Positions 8,678-18,193 of a DNA stretch of 40,968 bases are shown here, one piece after another (the stretch's first letter is position 1; every line of letters begins with the position of its first letter). Below the pieces are notes generated by a model. That model saw nothing but the letters and a program-made list of their open reading frames with translations. It did no database searches and was not told the origin of the DNA. Source of the stretch: Pirellulales bacterium (GTDB lineage: Bacteria; Planctomycetota; Planctomycetia; Pirellulales; UBA1268); NCBI GenBank assembly GCA_044339885.1, contig JBIIUP010000003.1, positions 1 to 40,968 on the forward strand, written 5' to 3'. A program made the position numbers and the translations under genes.

Positions 8678-9626
8678 GGCGGCAGACGTCGGCACGCGGC
8701 TCGACGTGTTCCTCGCCCGGTGCCTGCCGGGGCAAAGCCGGTCCTTCCTGTCCCGGGTGATCGAGAAGGGGGGCGTGCGGGTGGACGGCGTCGCCGCCCG
8801 GGGCTCGCTCAAGCTGCGGCCGGGGTCGGTCGTGCGGTTCACGGTGCCGGAGCCGCCGCGGGCCGGGCCCGCGGCCGAGGAGATCCCGCTCGTCTTCCTC
8901 CACGTCGACGCCTGGATGGCCGCCGTCGACAAGCCGGCCGGAATGGTCGTCCATCCCGCCAAGGGGAACTGGAAAGGCACGCTCGCCGGGGCGCTGAAGT
9001 GGCACCTCGAGCGGGGCGACGCGGCCGCCCCCGGACTCTCCACCGCCGGCGGCCCGACGCGGCCCGGGATCGTCCACCGGCTCGATCGCGATACCAGCGG
9101 CGTGATCGTCGTGGCCCGCAGCGAGGAGGCCCACCACGCGCTGGCGCGGCAGTTCGAGCGGCGCACGGTGGAGAAGACCTACCTGGCGATCACGCAGGGG
9201 CGGCCCCAGCTCGATCGCGACGAGATCGACCTGCCGATCGGCATCCATCCCTACCAGCGGGAGAAGATGGCGGTGCGGCGCGACCATGCCACGAGCCGCG
9301 AGGCCGTGACCCGCTTCGAGGTCGTGGAGCGGTTCCGCAACGCCGCGCTGGTGAGGGTGACGCCGAAGACGGGCCGCACGCACCAGATCCGGGTCCACCT
9401 GGCGGCGATCGGCTGCCCCGTGCTGTGCGACGGCCTGTACAGCGGCCGGACGGTCATCGAGCCGGGGCTCCTCGGGCTGCCGCCGGGCCCGCCGCTGCTG
9501 GGTCGGCAGGCGCTCCACGCGGCCCGGCTGTGCCTCGACCATCCGGCCTCGGGGCAGCGGACGGAGTTCACCGCGCCGCTGCCGGCCGACATGGATCGCT
9601 TGCTGGCGGCGCTCCGGGGCGGTTAG
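8589..9626 (+). CDS. RluA/RluD-family pseudouridine synthase with S4 domain (start uncertain)
   Basis: RLDVFLA (S4), DKPAGMVVHP, HRLDRDTSG, GRTHQIRVHL, RQALHA. Confidence 0.93.
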   Translation: MHPSHPPQPTPQEPPPPAPLPGQELTLPVEAADVGTRLDVFLARCLPGQSRSFLSRVIEKGGVRVDGVAARGSLKLRPGSVVRFTVPEPPRAGPAAEEIPLVFLHVDAWMAAVDKPAGMVVHPAKGNWKGTLAGALKWHLERGDAAAPGLSTAGGPTRPGIVHRLDRDTSGVIVVARSEEAHHALARQFERRTVEKTYLAITQGRPQLDRDEIDLPIGIHPYQREKMAVRRDHATSREAVTRFEVVERFRNAALVRVTPKTGRTHQIRVHLAAIGCPVLCDGLYSGRTVIEPGLLGLPPGPPLLGRQALHAARLCLDHPASGQRTEFTAPLPADMDRLLAALRGG

Positions 9627-9629
9627 ATC

Positions 9630-9900
9630 GCATTCCGCTTGCGTGGAGCGCCGGCTCGGGGGCGGCAAAAGTCTCGTCGCTGTGGGCCGAAGCGGCCCAA
9701 GGCTCCTCGAGCGTTCGCCGACCCCCTTCGCCTCGTCATCTGGCTTGTCAGGCCGCCTCTACGCATGGGGCGCATCCGGTTCACGTGGAGCGTTGGCCCG
9801 GGGGCCGCGGGAGTCTCCCTGCAGGGGGCGAGGTGGTCCATCGCTCGGTGAGCGTTCGCCGATCCCCGTCGCGTCGTCCGCGGCCGCCGTGGCCTCCTCG
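9630..9900. repeat. Degenerate tandem duplication, period ~141-142 bp
   Basis: 9642-9662 vs 9784-9804 match at 18/21; 9709-9737 vs 9850-9878 match at 26/29; the sequence between is collinear. Confidence 0.8.
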
Positions 9901-10652
9901 ATCAGGAGCGCCCGCGGGAGCGTCGAGTCGAGCACGCGGCAGACCGCCACCACGAAGCCGGCGCCGCCGTCCCGCCAGCCGCCCCGCACCGCGTAGCTCT
10001 GCAGAAAGGCCGCCAGGCCGCGGAGCGGCAGCATCCAGGCCCGCGGCCGCGGCCGTCGGTCGCGGAGCAGGCCGGCCTTCAGCGGCGCGTACCGCAGCGC
10101 GCGGGCGACGACGTCGGCGCAGTCGGTGTAGCTGCGGTGGACGATCGAGCCGGCCAGCATCGCCGGCCTGCGGCCGGTCACCACCCGCTCGTGGACCGGC
10201 AGCGGCAAGAAGCCGGCGGTCGTGCGGTTGAAGAGCCGCAGCACCCGCTGGTTCCGCCAGGCGCCGTGGCGGATCTCGCGCGGGCCGATGTAGGTCCGGC
10301 GCCGGAAGGCGTAGCAGGCGGCGGGATCGGCGAGGTCGGCGGCGGCGACGGCACTGCGGGCCTCGTCGTCGAGCATCTCGTCGGCGTCGATCGACAGGAT
10401 CCAGTCGTGGGCGGCCAGCTCGACCGCCCGGCGCTTCTGCGGGCCGTAGCCGAGGAACGGCTGGTGCTCGACCCGGGCTCCCGAGGCGTGGGCGATCTCC
10501 ACCGTGCCGTCGTTCGATCCCGAGTCGACGACGAGCCGCTCGGCGCAGAGATCGACGCTCGCGAGCGTCGCGGGCAGCCGCCGGGACTCGTTGTGGGTGA
10601 TGATCACCGCCGAGATCGGCAGCGTTCCCGCGGTCGGCGGTGACCCGCTCAT
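9759..10652 (-). CDS. Glycosyltransferase family 2 (KdtX/WaaE-like)
   Basis: ISAVIITHNE, VVDSGSNDGT, FLGYGPQK, WILSIDADE (DXD), VHE motif. Confidence 0.9.
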   Translation of the reverse strand: MSGSPPTAGTLPISAVIITHNESRRLPATLASVDLCAERLVVDSGSNDGTVEIAHASGARVEHQPFLGYGPQKRRAVELAAHDWILSIDADEMLDDEARSAVAAADLADPAACYAFRRRTYIGPREIRHGAWRNQRVLRLFNRTTAGFLPLPVHERVVTGRRPAMLAGSIVHRSYTDCADVVARALRYAPLKAGLLRDRRPRPRAWMLPLRGLAAFLQSYAVRGGWRDGGAGFVVAVCRVLDSTLPRALLIEEATAAADDATGIGERSPSDGPPRPLQGDSRGPRANAPREPDAPHA

Positions 10653-12364
10653 GACGGGCTCGCGGTGACGCCGCCCCGGGTCGAAATCGCCGGGGTAGGG
10701 CAGGTCGCGGCGGCGGGCCGTGGCAGCGGGAACTCCAGCGTGAACCTGCTGCCGCGGCCGGGTTCGCTGGCGACGCTGATGTCACCGCCGTGCTCGCGGA
10801 GGATCTTGCGGCTCACCGTCAGGCCCAGGCCCGTGCCCCGGGAGCCCTTGGTGGAGACGAAGAGCGTGAAGATGTCGGCGAGCGTCTCGGGGGCCATGCC
10901 CGTGCCGTTGTCGGCGACCACGATCCGTGCCTGCGCGGCCTCCGTGTCGACCTCGACCGTGATCGAGACACGGCCGTCGGGGACCTCCTCGACGGCGTCG
11001 AGTGCGTTGGTGACGACGTTGAGGACGGCCCGCGAGATCCCCTCCGCGTCGCACCGGGCCGGCGGCAGGTCGGCGGGTCGGGACCACGCGATCGTGGTGC
11101 CCTGGTCGCGGGCCCGCTGGGCCACCGTTTCGACGACGTCGTCGATCACGCCGCCGAGGTCGGTGTCGGCGAGATCGGGCTCGCGTTCCTTGCTGAAGGA
11201 GAGCATGTCCATGACCAGCGAGGAGATCTTCGCCTGGTTGCGCCGGACGATGTCCCAGCCCTTGCGGACGACGGCGAGGTCGTCGTTCTCCAGCCCCATC
11301 TCCACGAGATAGTCGCCGCCGCGGATGCCCTGGAGGATGTTCTTGATGTGGTGCGAGAGCGTGGCGATCGTCTGTCCCACGGCCGCCAGCCGCTCCGTCT
11401 GCAGCTTCGCGGAATAGAAGGCGGTGTCCTCCACGGCGAGGGCCGCCTGGTGGCCGATCGCGATCATGAGCTTGAGGTGCTCGTCGCTGAACCGCGGCCC
11501 GCTCGCTGCCGCCGCCTCGTCCAGCGGCGTCGTGGTGTCGACGTAGATCACGCCGACGGTGTCGTAGCGTCCCCGCAGCGGAACGCAGATCGCCTCGCGG
11601 ACGCCGGTGCGAACCACGCTGTTGCCCGAGGCGAAGCGGTCGTCCTCCTGGGCGTCGCTCGTCAGCACGCCCTCGCCGTTGGTCAGCACGTAGTCGAGGA
11701 TCGTGCGGCTGATCGCCATGGTCTCCTCGACGCCCGCCCGCCGGTCGCGGCGGGCCTTGGTCCGCAGTTCCCGCGTCTCGGAATCGAGGAGCATGATGCA
11801 GCCGCGGTCCGCCTCGATCCACTCGAAGACCAGCTCGAGGATCCGGCTCAAGAGCTCGTCGATGTCGAGGGTGTGGCTGACGGCCAGCGACGTGCGGTAC
11901 ATGACCTGGAGATTGCTGCGGGCCCGGGACAGCCAGTGTGCCGGGGATGGGCCGGGGGGCGACGCCCGGGCGATCGAGTCGTCGTCGCGCATGGCGCGGA
12001 CGATCCGCGAGCCGTCGGCGGCGCTCGCCGGCGGCACGATGTCGACCGAGCCGAGCGCCAGCTCCGCCGCCTGGTCCTGGGCGTAGACGAGGACGGTGCG
12101 GCCGACGCGGATCCGGTCGCCGTTGGCCAGGTCGGCCCGCTCGACCCGCCGCTCGTTGACGAACGTGCCGTTGGAGCTCTTGAGGTCGCCGACGACGAAC
12201 CCCCCCCCGACGCGGCGGATCTCGGCGTGCCGCCGGGAGATCTCGTGGTCGTCGAGCTGGACGACGTTGCCGGGCTCCCGCCCGATGCTCACGGTCCCGC
12301 CGTGGCCGTCGAGATCGATTCGGGTGCCCCGCTGGGCGCCTTGGATGACGACGAGTGCAGGCAC
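10649..12364 (-). CDS. FHA-GAF-HisKA-HATPase sensor histidine kinase
   Basis: FHA: IGR, ISRRHA, SSNGTFVN. GAF: AICVPL, VGVIYVD, IGHQAALAVE. H-box LSHHIKN, N-box NVVTNALDA, DNGTGM and GTGLGL. GTG start at 12364. Confidence 0.92.
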   Translation of the reverse strand: MPALVVIQGAQRGTRIDLDGHGGTVSIGREPGNVVQLDDHEISRRHAEIRRVGGGFVVGDLKSSNGTFVNERRVERADLANGDRIRVGRTVLVYAQDQAAELALGSVDIVPPASAADGSRIVRAMRDDDSIARASPPGPSPAHWLSRARSNLQVMYRTSLAVSHTLDIDELLSRILELVFEWIEADRGCIMLLDSETRELRTKARRDRRAGVEETMAISRTILDYVLTNGEGVLTSDAQEDDRFASGNSVVRTGVREAICVPLRGRYDTVGVIYVDTTTPLDEAAAASGPRFSDEHLKLMIAIGHQAALAVEDTAFYSAKLQTERLAAVGQTIATLSHHIKNILQGIRGGDYLVEMGLENDDLAVVRKGWDIVRRNQAKISSLVMDMLSFSKEREPDLADTDLGGVIDDVVETVAQRARDQGTTIAWSRPADLPPARCDAEGISRAVLNVVTNALDAVEEVPDGRVSITVEVDTEAAQARIVVADNGTGMAPETLADIFTLFVSTKGSRGTGLGLTVSRKILREHGGDISVASEPGRGSRFTLEFPLPRPAAATCPTPAISTRGGVTASPS

Positions 12365-12531
12365 GGACGGGCTCCCGGAGGGCGACCATCGCCCGACCCC
12401 GAATTCTCGCACAGCCCGCCGCGGCCGGGAAGCGATCGGCTCCGCACCGGCGGGCGGCCGATTGGCGGCCCCGCGATACGATGGGAGGAGAGCAGCCGCC
12501 GGGCGCGGCTGGCGGGACCGCGGAGGACGAC

Positions 12532-14451
12532 ATGGCCGACGTGCAAGCGGGAACTCGAGTGGGGCTGGTTGCGGGCAGGGCCCGCCGCCCGGGGCTGTGG
12601 CTGGCGGGTGCGGCCGCGAGCGTGGCCGTGGCGGTCGCGGCCGCCGCGGAGCCGGTGGCCGAGCCGCCCGCCGGCGCGGTGGTGCGGGAGCGGCTCCGGG
12701 CCGCCGTCACCTGGCTGGCCGCGCCGGAACGCGAGGGCCGCGGTCCGGGAACGGCGGGGATCGAGGCCGCCGCGGACTGGGTGGCCCGGGAGCTCGCGGG
12801 GGCCGGGCTGCGGCCGAGCGTCGCCGCGGCGACGCCCTTCCAGACCTTCACGATGACGCTCGAGGCCCGGCTCGGTCCGGCGACCGAGAACGCGGTGGAG
12901 CTCGTGGGGCCGCCGGGGCCCGACGGCGCGGCCGTCGTCGTGCCACTGACGCTCGGAGCCGATTACACGCCGCTGGCCGCGGGAGGCTCCGGCACCTTCG
13001 ACCTGCCGCTGGCCTTCGCTGGCTACGGCATCACCGCCCCGGCGGAGAAGTACGACGACTACGCGGCCGCCGCCGCCGCGGGGAAGGGTGTGATCGTGCT
13101 CCGCCAGGAGCCGCAGAAGGACGACCCGCACTCCGTGTTCAACGGCAACCAGGCCTCACAGCATGCGGCGCTCACCCGCAAGATCGCCAACGCCTCCGAG
13201 CACGAGGCCGCGGCGGTCGTGTTCTGCAACGATGCGACGGCGGAGGAGGGGCTCATGGCCTTCACCCGCGCCGGGGAAGGGTCGGAGGCCCGTGCGCTGC
13301 CGGTGCTCCATGTGCGCCGTGGCATCGTCGACGACGTCGTCCGCGCCGCCCTGGGCCGCGACCTCGCCGCGATCCAGCGGGGCATCGACGAGACGCTCGA
13401 GCCGGCGTCGGCGGCCCTCGGCGGCTGGCGGATCAGGGGCCGGGTCGGGATCGAGCGGGTCGAGTCGCAGGGGCGGAACGTCCTGGCGGTGCTGCCGGGC
13501 CGGGGGGCTCCCGCCGCCGCCGGTGCCGTCGCGATCGATCCGCGGGAGACGGTGGTTCTCGGCGCCCACTACGACCACCTCGGCTACGGCGGGGCGAACT
13601 CGGCGGCGCCCGGCGAGCGGGCGGTCCATCACGGCGCCGACGACAACGCCAGTGGCACCGCCCTGTTGGTGGAGGTCGCGCGACGGCTGGCGGCCGGCCC
13701 GCAGCTGCCGCGGACCGTGCTCTTCGCCGCGTTCTCCGGCGAGGAGCGCGGCCTCCTCGGCAGCGGGCATTACGCCTCCCGTCCGGTGGTGCCGCTGGCC
13801 GACACCGTGGCGATGGTGAACCTCGACATGGTCGGCCGCCTCGACGGCGACAAGGTCGTGGTCCACGGCACGGGCACGGGCACGGGGCTGGAGGCCCTCG
13901 TCGACCGCCTCGTCGCGGGCCACGGCCTGACGGCGGCCAAGGAGCCCGGGGGCTTCGGCCCCAGCGACCACGCCAGCTTCTACGCCAAGAAGATCCCCGT
14001 CCTGCACCTGTTCACCGGCTCGCACGGCGACTACCACCGGCCCAGCGACACGCCGGACAAGATCAACTACGACGGCATGGTCCGGCTCGCCGATCTCGTC
14101 ACCGACCTCGTCCGCGAACTGGCGACGGCCCCGGAGCGACCGGCCTACGTCGAGGTGGCGTCGCCGATGTTCGCCCGCGGGGGTGACCGGCCGTACTTCG
14201 GCAGCATTCCCGACTTCGGGAAGCCGGGGGGCGGCTACGCCATCTCCGGCGTCTCCAAGGATTCGCCGGCGGCCCAGGGAGGGCTCCGTGGCGGCGACCT
14301 CATCGTGCGGCTCGGCTCCAGCGCCGTGACGAACCTCGAGGACTTCGACAGCGCCCTCCGCAAGCACAAGGCCGGCGACACCGTGCCGGTGGTGGTGCGG
14401 CGGGACGGTGCCGAGGTGACGCTTCAGGTGGTGCTCGACGCTCCGCGGTAA
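12532..14451 (+). CDS. Secreted M28 metallopeptidase with PA and C-terminal PDZ domains
   Basis: GAHYDHLG, GADDNASG, FSGEERGLLGS, NLDMVG, SDHASF, DYHRPSD, and PDZ YFGSIPDF...SPAAQGGLRGGD. GGAGG RBS before ATG 12532. Confidence 0.92.
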   Translation: MADVQAGTRVGLVAGRARRPGLWLAGAAASVAVAVAAAAEPVAEPPAGAVVRERLRAAVTWLAAPEREGRGPGTAGIEAAADWVARELAGAGLRPSVAAATPFQTFTMTLEARLGPATENAVELVGPPGPDGAAVVVPLTLGADYTPLAAGGSGTFDLPLAFAGYGITAPAEKYDDYAAAAAAGKGVIVLRQEPQKDDPHSVFNGNQASQHAALTRKIANASEHEAAAVVFCNDATAEEGLMAFTRAGEGSEARALPVLHVRRGIVDDVVRAALGRDLAAIQRGIDETLEPASAALGGWRIRGRVGIERVESQGRNVLAVLPGRGAPAAAGAVAIDPRETVVLGAHYDHLGYGGANSAAPGERAVHHGADDNASGTALLVEVARRLAAGPQLPRTVLFAAFSGEERGLLGSGHYASRPVVPLADTVAMVNLDMVGRLDGDKVVVHGTGTGTGLEALVDRLVAGHGLTAAKEPGGFGPSDHASFYAKKIPVLHLFTGSHGDYHRPSDTPDKINYDGMVRLADLVTDLVRELATAPERPAYVEVASPMFARGGDRPYFGSIPDFGKPGGGYAISGVSKDSPAAQGGLRGGDLIVRLGSSAVTNLEDFDSALRKHKAGDTVPVVVRRDGAEVTLQVVLDAPR

Positions 14452-14616
14452 CCCGGCTTTTCGCGGCCGAATTGCCCTTGAGTCGCCGCCGGCGGATCGC
14501 CATCATCCCGCCCGCTTCCGGGTTCCCGGGCGGTCGTGGACGACCGCCGAGCCCCTCCGGCCCCCCGCGGGTCACGGGGCACCCGAGGCCGAGTCCCCGA
14601 GCAAGGAGTGCTATCC

Positions 14617-15246
14617 GTGAAGAGGCAACTGGCAGGTTTCGCGATCATGGCCGCCGCGGGGCTCGTGTCGTCGACGGCATTGGCCCAGGCCCCCGCCGCA
14701 GGCCCGCGGACCGCGGCCGGCCCCGCCAACCTCACGGCGGTGATCGACGTCGGCTACATCTTCAAGAACCACGCCCGCTTCAAGGCCGCGATGGACAAGA
14801 TGAAGGACGAGGTCATGGCGGCCGAGAACGGCCTCAAGGCCGAGCGCGACCGCATCAACGGGCTCATGGAGCAGCTCAAGGGCTTCAACGTCGGCACGCC
14901 CGAGTTCAAGAAGCTCGAGGCCGAGGTCGCCAAGGCGCAGGGCGACTTCAACGTCACGGCCCAGCTCCAGAAGAAGGACTTCATGGACCGGGAGGCCAAG
15001 GTCTACCTGCAGGTCTACAACGAGATCGAGCAGGCCGTGAGCCAGTTCGCCCGCCAGCACGGCATCGCCGTGGTGCACCGCTTTGACGGCGATCCGGTCG
15101 ATTCCAGCGACCGCAACCGGATCCTCGGCAACATCACCAAGCCGATCGTGTTCTACGACCCGCAGGTCGACATCACGCCCGACGTCCTGAAGATACTCAA
15201 CGGTGCCGCCGTCGCCGGCGCGCCGCAGGCCCAAGCCGTCCGCTAA
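14617..15246 (+). CDS. skp: Skp/OmpH periplasmic chaperone
   Basis: Signal peptide, AVIDVGYIF, long coiled coil, DITPDVLKILN end; AAGGAG RBS before the GTG; lies upstream of the lpx genes. Confidence 0.88.
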   Translation: MKRQLAGFAIMAAAGLVSSTALAQAPAAGPRTAAGPANLTAVIDVGYIFKNHARFKAAMDKMKDEVMAAENGLKAERDRINGLMEQLKGFNVGTPEFKKLEAEVAKAQGDFNVTAQLQKKDFMDREAKVYLQVYNEIEQAVSQFARQHGIAVVHRFDGDPVDSSDRNRILGNITKPIVFYDPQVDITPDVLKILNGAAVAGAPQAQAVR

Positions 15247-15326
15247 GAGGTGCGGCTGGCGGGTCGTGGTCGGGCCGCGCGGGGCGTGGCCGGCACGGGC
15301 GTCGGCCGTGACCGGTCATCACACGC

Positions 15327-16184
15327 ATGCCTTCACGCTCCCAGCGCACCATTCGTCGCCCGGTGTCGGTCCGCGGGACCGGCTATTGGAGCCGCCGCGA
15401 GAACCGCGTCGAGTTCCTGCCGGCGCCCGCCGGCTCCGGCGTGGTCTTCGTCCGCGGCGACCGCGACGTGCCGGTGCGGATCGCGGCCGGCGTCGAGAAC
15501 CGGGTCGACGCCGCGCTGCGGACGAACCTGTCCGTGGCCGGCGTGCAGGTGCAGATGGTCGAGCACGTCCTCAGCGCGTTGGCCGGCCTGGGCGTCGATT
15601 GCTGTCAGGTTCGCGTCTCGGCCGAGGAGCTGCCCGGGCTCGACGGCTCCGCGCTGCGGTTCGTCGAGGCGCTCGACGAGGCGGGCTTCGAGGACCTCGG
15701 GGCGCCGATCGACCCGCTCGTGGTCACCGAGACGCTGCGTGCTGGTGACGACGAGGCCTGGATCGAGGTCTCCCCGCCGCGGCACTCGGGGCTCACGGTG
15801 GAGTACGAGCTCGACTACGGCCCCGGCCCGATCGGCCGGCAGCGGCTGGCCCTGCGGGTGACCCCCGACGTCTACCGGTCCGACCTCGCCGCGGCCCGCA
15901 CGTTTCTGGCGCAGGACGAGGCGAACCGCCTGGTGGCGGCGGGCCTCGGCGTCGGCGTGACGACCCGCGACCTCGTGGTCTTCGGTCCGGACGGGCCGAT
16001 CGACAACCCGTTGCGGTGGTCCGACGAGTGCGTGCGGCACAAGGTGCTCGATCTCGTCGGCGACCTGGCGCTCGTGGGCCGGCCGCTCCACGCCCACGTC
16101 CGGGCCCGGCGGAGCGGCCACCAGCTCAATGCGGTCATGGCCGCCCGCCTCGTGGCGGCCTCGGGGAGGCGGGCTTCGGCCTGA
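15327..16184 (+). CDS. lpxC: UDP-3-O-acyl-N-acetylglucosamine deacetylase
   Basis: QRTI, VEHVLSAL, ELPGLDGSA, AARTF, RHKVLDLVGDL (HKXXD), SGHQLN. Confidence 0.95.
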   Translation: MPSRSQRTIRRPVSVRGTGYWSRRENRVEFLPAPAGSGVVFVRGDRDVPVRIAAGVENRVDAALRTNLSVAGVQVQMVEHVLSALAGLGVDCCQVRVSAEELPGLDGSALRFVEALDEAGFEDLGAPIDPLVVTETLRAGDDEAWIEVSPPRHSGLTVEYELDYGPGPIGRQRLALRVTPDVYRSDLAAARTFLAQDEANRLVAAGLGVGVTTRDLVVFGPDGPIDNPLRWSDECVRHKVLDLVGDLALVGRPLHAHVRARRSGHQLNAVMAARLVAASGRRASA

Positions 16185-16189
16185 CGCTC

Positions 16190-17029
16190 ATGACGGCCGG
16201 CCACGAGGACGTCCCGACCGTGCGGGCTGCGCAGGTCCATCCCACGGCGGTGGTCGAGGCCGGCGCGTCGCTCGCCGCCGGCGTGGTGGTCGGCCCCCAC
16301 TGCGTGGTCTCCGCGCGGGCGGTGATCGGCCGCGGCACGGTGCTCGAGAGCCACGTGACGATCATGGGCGACGTGCGGATCGGCGAGCGCAACCGCATCT
16401 ACCCCAACTGCGTCATCGGCGGCGAGCCGCAGGACGTCAGCTACCGCGGAGGGCCCACCCGGGTCGAGATCGGCGACGACAACCTGATCCGTGAGGGGGT
16501 GACCGTCAACCGCGGCTCCGAGAAGGAGGACGGCCTGACGACGATCGGCAGCGCCAATTTTCTCATGGCGGCCTGCCACGTGGCCCACGACTGCCGCATC
16601 GGCGACCACGTGACGATCGCCAACGGCACGCTGCTCGGCGGCCACGTGCGAGTGCAGTCCCGGGCTTCCCTCTCGGGCGCCGTCGCCGTCCATCACTGGG
16701 TCACGATCGGCGGTTGGTCGTTCGTGGCGGGTCTGTCGCGGGTGCTCCACGACGTGCCGCCGTTCATGCTCTGCGAGGGCGCGCCGGCCCGACCGCGGTG
16801 CGTGAACCTCGTGGCGCTGAGGCGCGGCGGCTTCGCGCCGGCCGCGATCGAGTCGATCAGCGAGGCGTACCGGCTCGTCTATCGGGCGAAGGTGGGCTTC
16901 GAACAGGCGCGGGAGATTCTTCGGTCGCAGGGGGCGGCGGAGGCGGAGGTCGGGCAGCTGCTCGACTTCATCGCCCAGCAGTCCGGCGGCCGGCACGGTC
17001 GGGCACGCGAGCGGAGGAGGGCGGCATGA
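16190..17029 (+). CDS. lpxA: Acyl-ACP--UDP-N-acetylglucosamine O-acyltransferase
   Basis: VHPTAVV, hexapeptide repeats, IGGEPQD, IREGVTVNRGS, HVAHDC, DVPPF. Confidence 0.95.
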   Translation: MTAGHEDVPTVRAAQVHPTAVVEAGASLAAGVVVGPHCVVSARAVIGRGTVLESHVTIMGDVRIGERNRIYPNCVIGGEPQDVSYRGGPTRVEIGDDNLIREGVTVNRGSEKEDGLTTIGSANFLMAACHVAHDCRIGDHVTIANGTLLGGHVRVQSRASLSGAVAVHHWVTIGGWSFVAGLSRVLHDVPPFMLCEGAPARPRCVNLVALRRGGFAPAAIESISEAYRLVYRAKVGFEQAREILRSQGAAEAEVGQLLDFIAQQSGGRHGRARERRRAA

Positions 17030-18084
17030 AGCGGATGCGGACGGCGGTGGTGGGCTGCGGTCACCTGGGCGCGATCCACGCGCGGCTGCTGGCGGCCCGC
17101 GACGACGCGGAGCTGGTGGCGGTGGTCGATCCCTCGGCCGAGGCCCGCGACCGCGTCGCCGCCGCCCACGGCTGCCGCGGGCTCGCCGAACCGCGGGATC
17201 TCGTCGGGTCCGTCGACGCCGTCGTGGTCGCGGCGCCCACGGGCCTCCACGCGGCGGTCTCGCTGCCGCTCCTCGAGGCCGGGATCGACCTGCTCGTGGA
17301 GAAGCCAATCGCCGCGAGCGCGGAGGACGCGCGGGCGATCGTGATCGCGGCCCGCCGGCACGGCCGGACGGTGGCCGTCGGGCACGTGGAGCGGTTCAAC
17401 CCGGCCTGGCGGGCGGCGGCCGACCGGGCGCGCGGTGCCAGCGCGGTCGAGGCCGAGCGGCTGGCGCCGTTCACCTTCCGGTCGCTCGACGTGGGCGTCG
17501 TCCACGACCTCATGATCCACGACATCGACCTCATCCTGTCCCTCGAGCCCGGCAGGCTCGAGCGGGTCGAGGCCCGGGGTCTGGCCGCCACCGGCGGCCA
17601 CGAGGACGCGGTGCGGGCCCGGCTGGCCTTCTCGTCCGGGCTCGTGGCCGATCTCACCGCCTCGCGGATCAGTCCGGTGCTCCGCAGGTCGCTGTCGCTG
17701 TGGTGCGACGCGGGGGTCGTCGCCGTGGACTTCAACGCCAAGACGGTGACCACGCTCGGGGCGTCGCCGGAGGTCAGCGACGGCTCGTTCGTGGCCGCGC
17801 AGGTTCCGCCTGGCGACCGGGGGCCGCTCAAGGACCGTTTCTTCGCCGACGTCCTCCCCCTGGAGACCCTCTCCGTCGCCGACGCCAACGCGATCGCCGC
17901 CGAGCACGACGACTTCCTCGGGGCAGTCCGCGGCGGCCACGCGCCGCTGGTCGACGCCGCGGCCGGCGCCGCGGCGCTCGAAATCGCCGCGCGGGTGCTC
18001 GACGTGCTGGAGTGCCGGCGGTTCGGCATGCGCCGTGCCGCGACCGCCACGATCCCGCTGTTCCCGCGCCGCAAAACCGGCTGA
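17026..18084 (+). CDS. Gfo/Idh/MocA oxidoreductase, GnnA-like
   Basis: GCGHLG, VEKPIA, VGHVERFNPA, DVGVVHDLMIHDID, LTASRIS; ATGA overlap with lpxA. Confidence 0.85.
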   Translation: MKRMRTAVVGCGHLGAIHARLLAARDDAELVAVVDPSAEARDRVAAAHGCRGLAEPRDLVGSVDAVVVAAPTGLHAAVSLPLLEAGIDLLVEKPIAASAEDARAIVIAARRHGRTVAVGHVERFNPAWRAAADRARGASAVEAERLAPFTFRSLDVGVVHDLMIHDIDLILSLEPGRLERVEARGLAATGGHEDAVRARLAFSSGLVADLTASRISPVLRRSLSLWCDAGVVAVDFNAKTVTTLGASPEVSDGSFVAAQVPPGDRGPLKDRFFADVLPLETLSVADANAIAAEHDDFLGAVRGGHAPLVDAAAGAAALEIAARVLDVLECRRFGMRRAATATIPLFPRRKTG

Positions 18085-18193
18085 CGCTTCCCGGTCCGCC
18101 GGACCGTCACTGTCGGCGGCGATGCGGGCCCCCACGGACTGCCGATAGTCCCCGTGGAGCCGGCCGCCGCCGCACCGCACCAGGATCAACCCC

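Noticed and set aside
9627-9850. Structured ncRNA or riboswitch between rluA and GT2
   Set aside because: No recognisable consensus, and it lies between convergent 3' ends. The diverged duplication explains it better.
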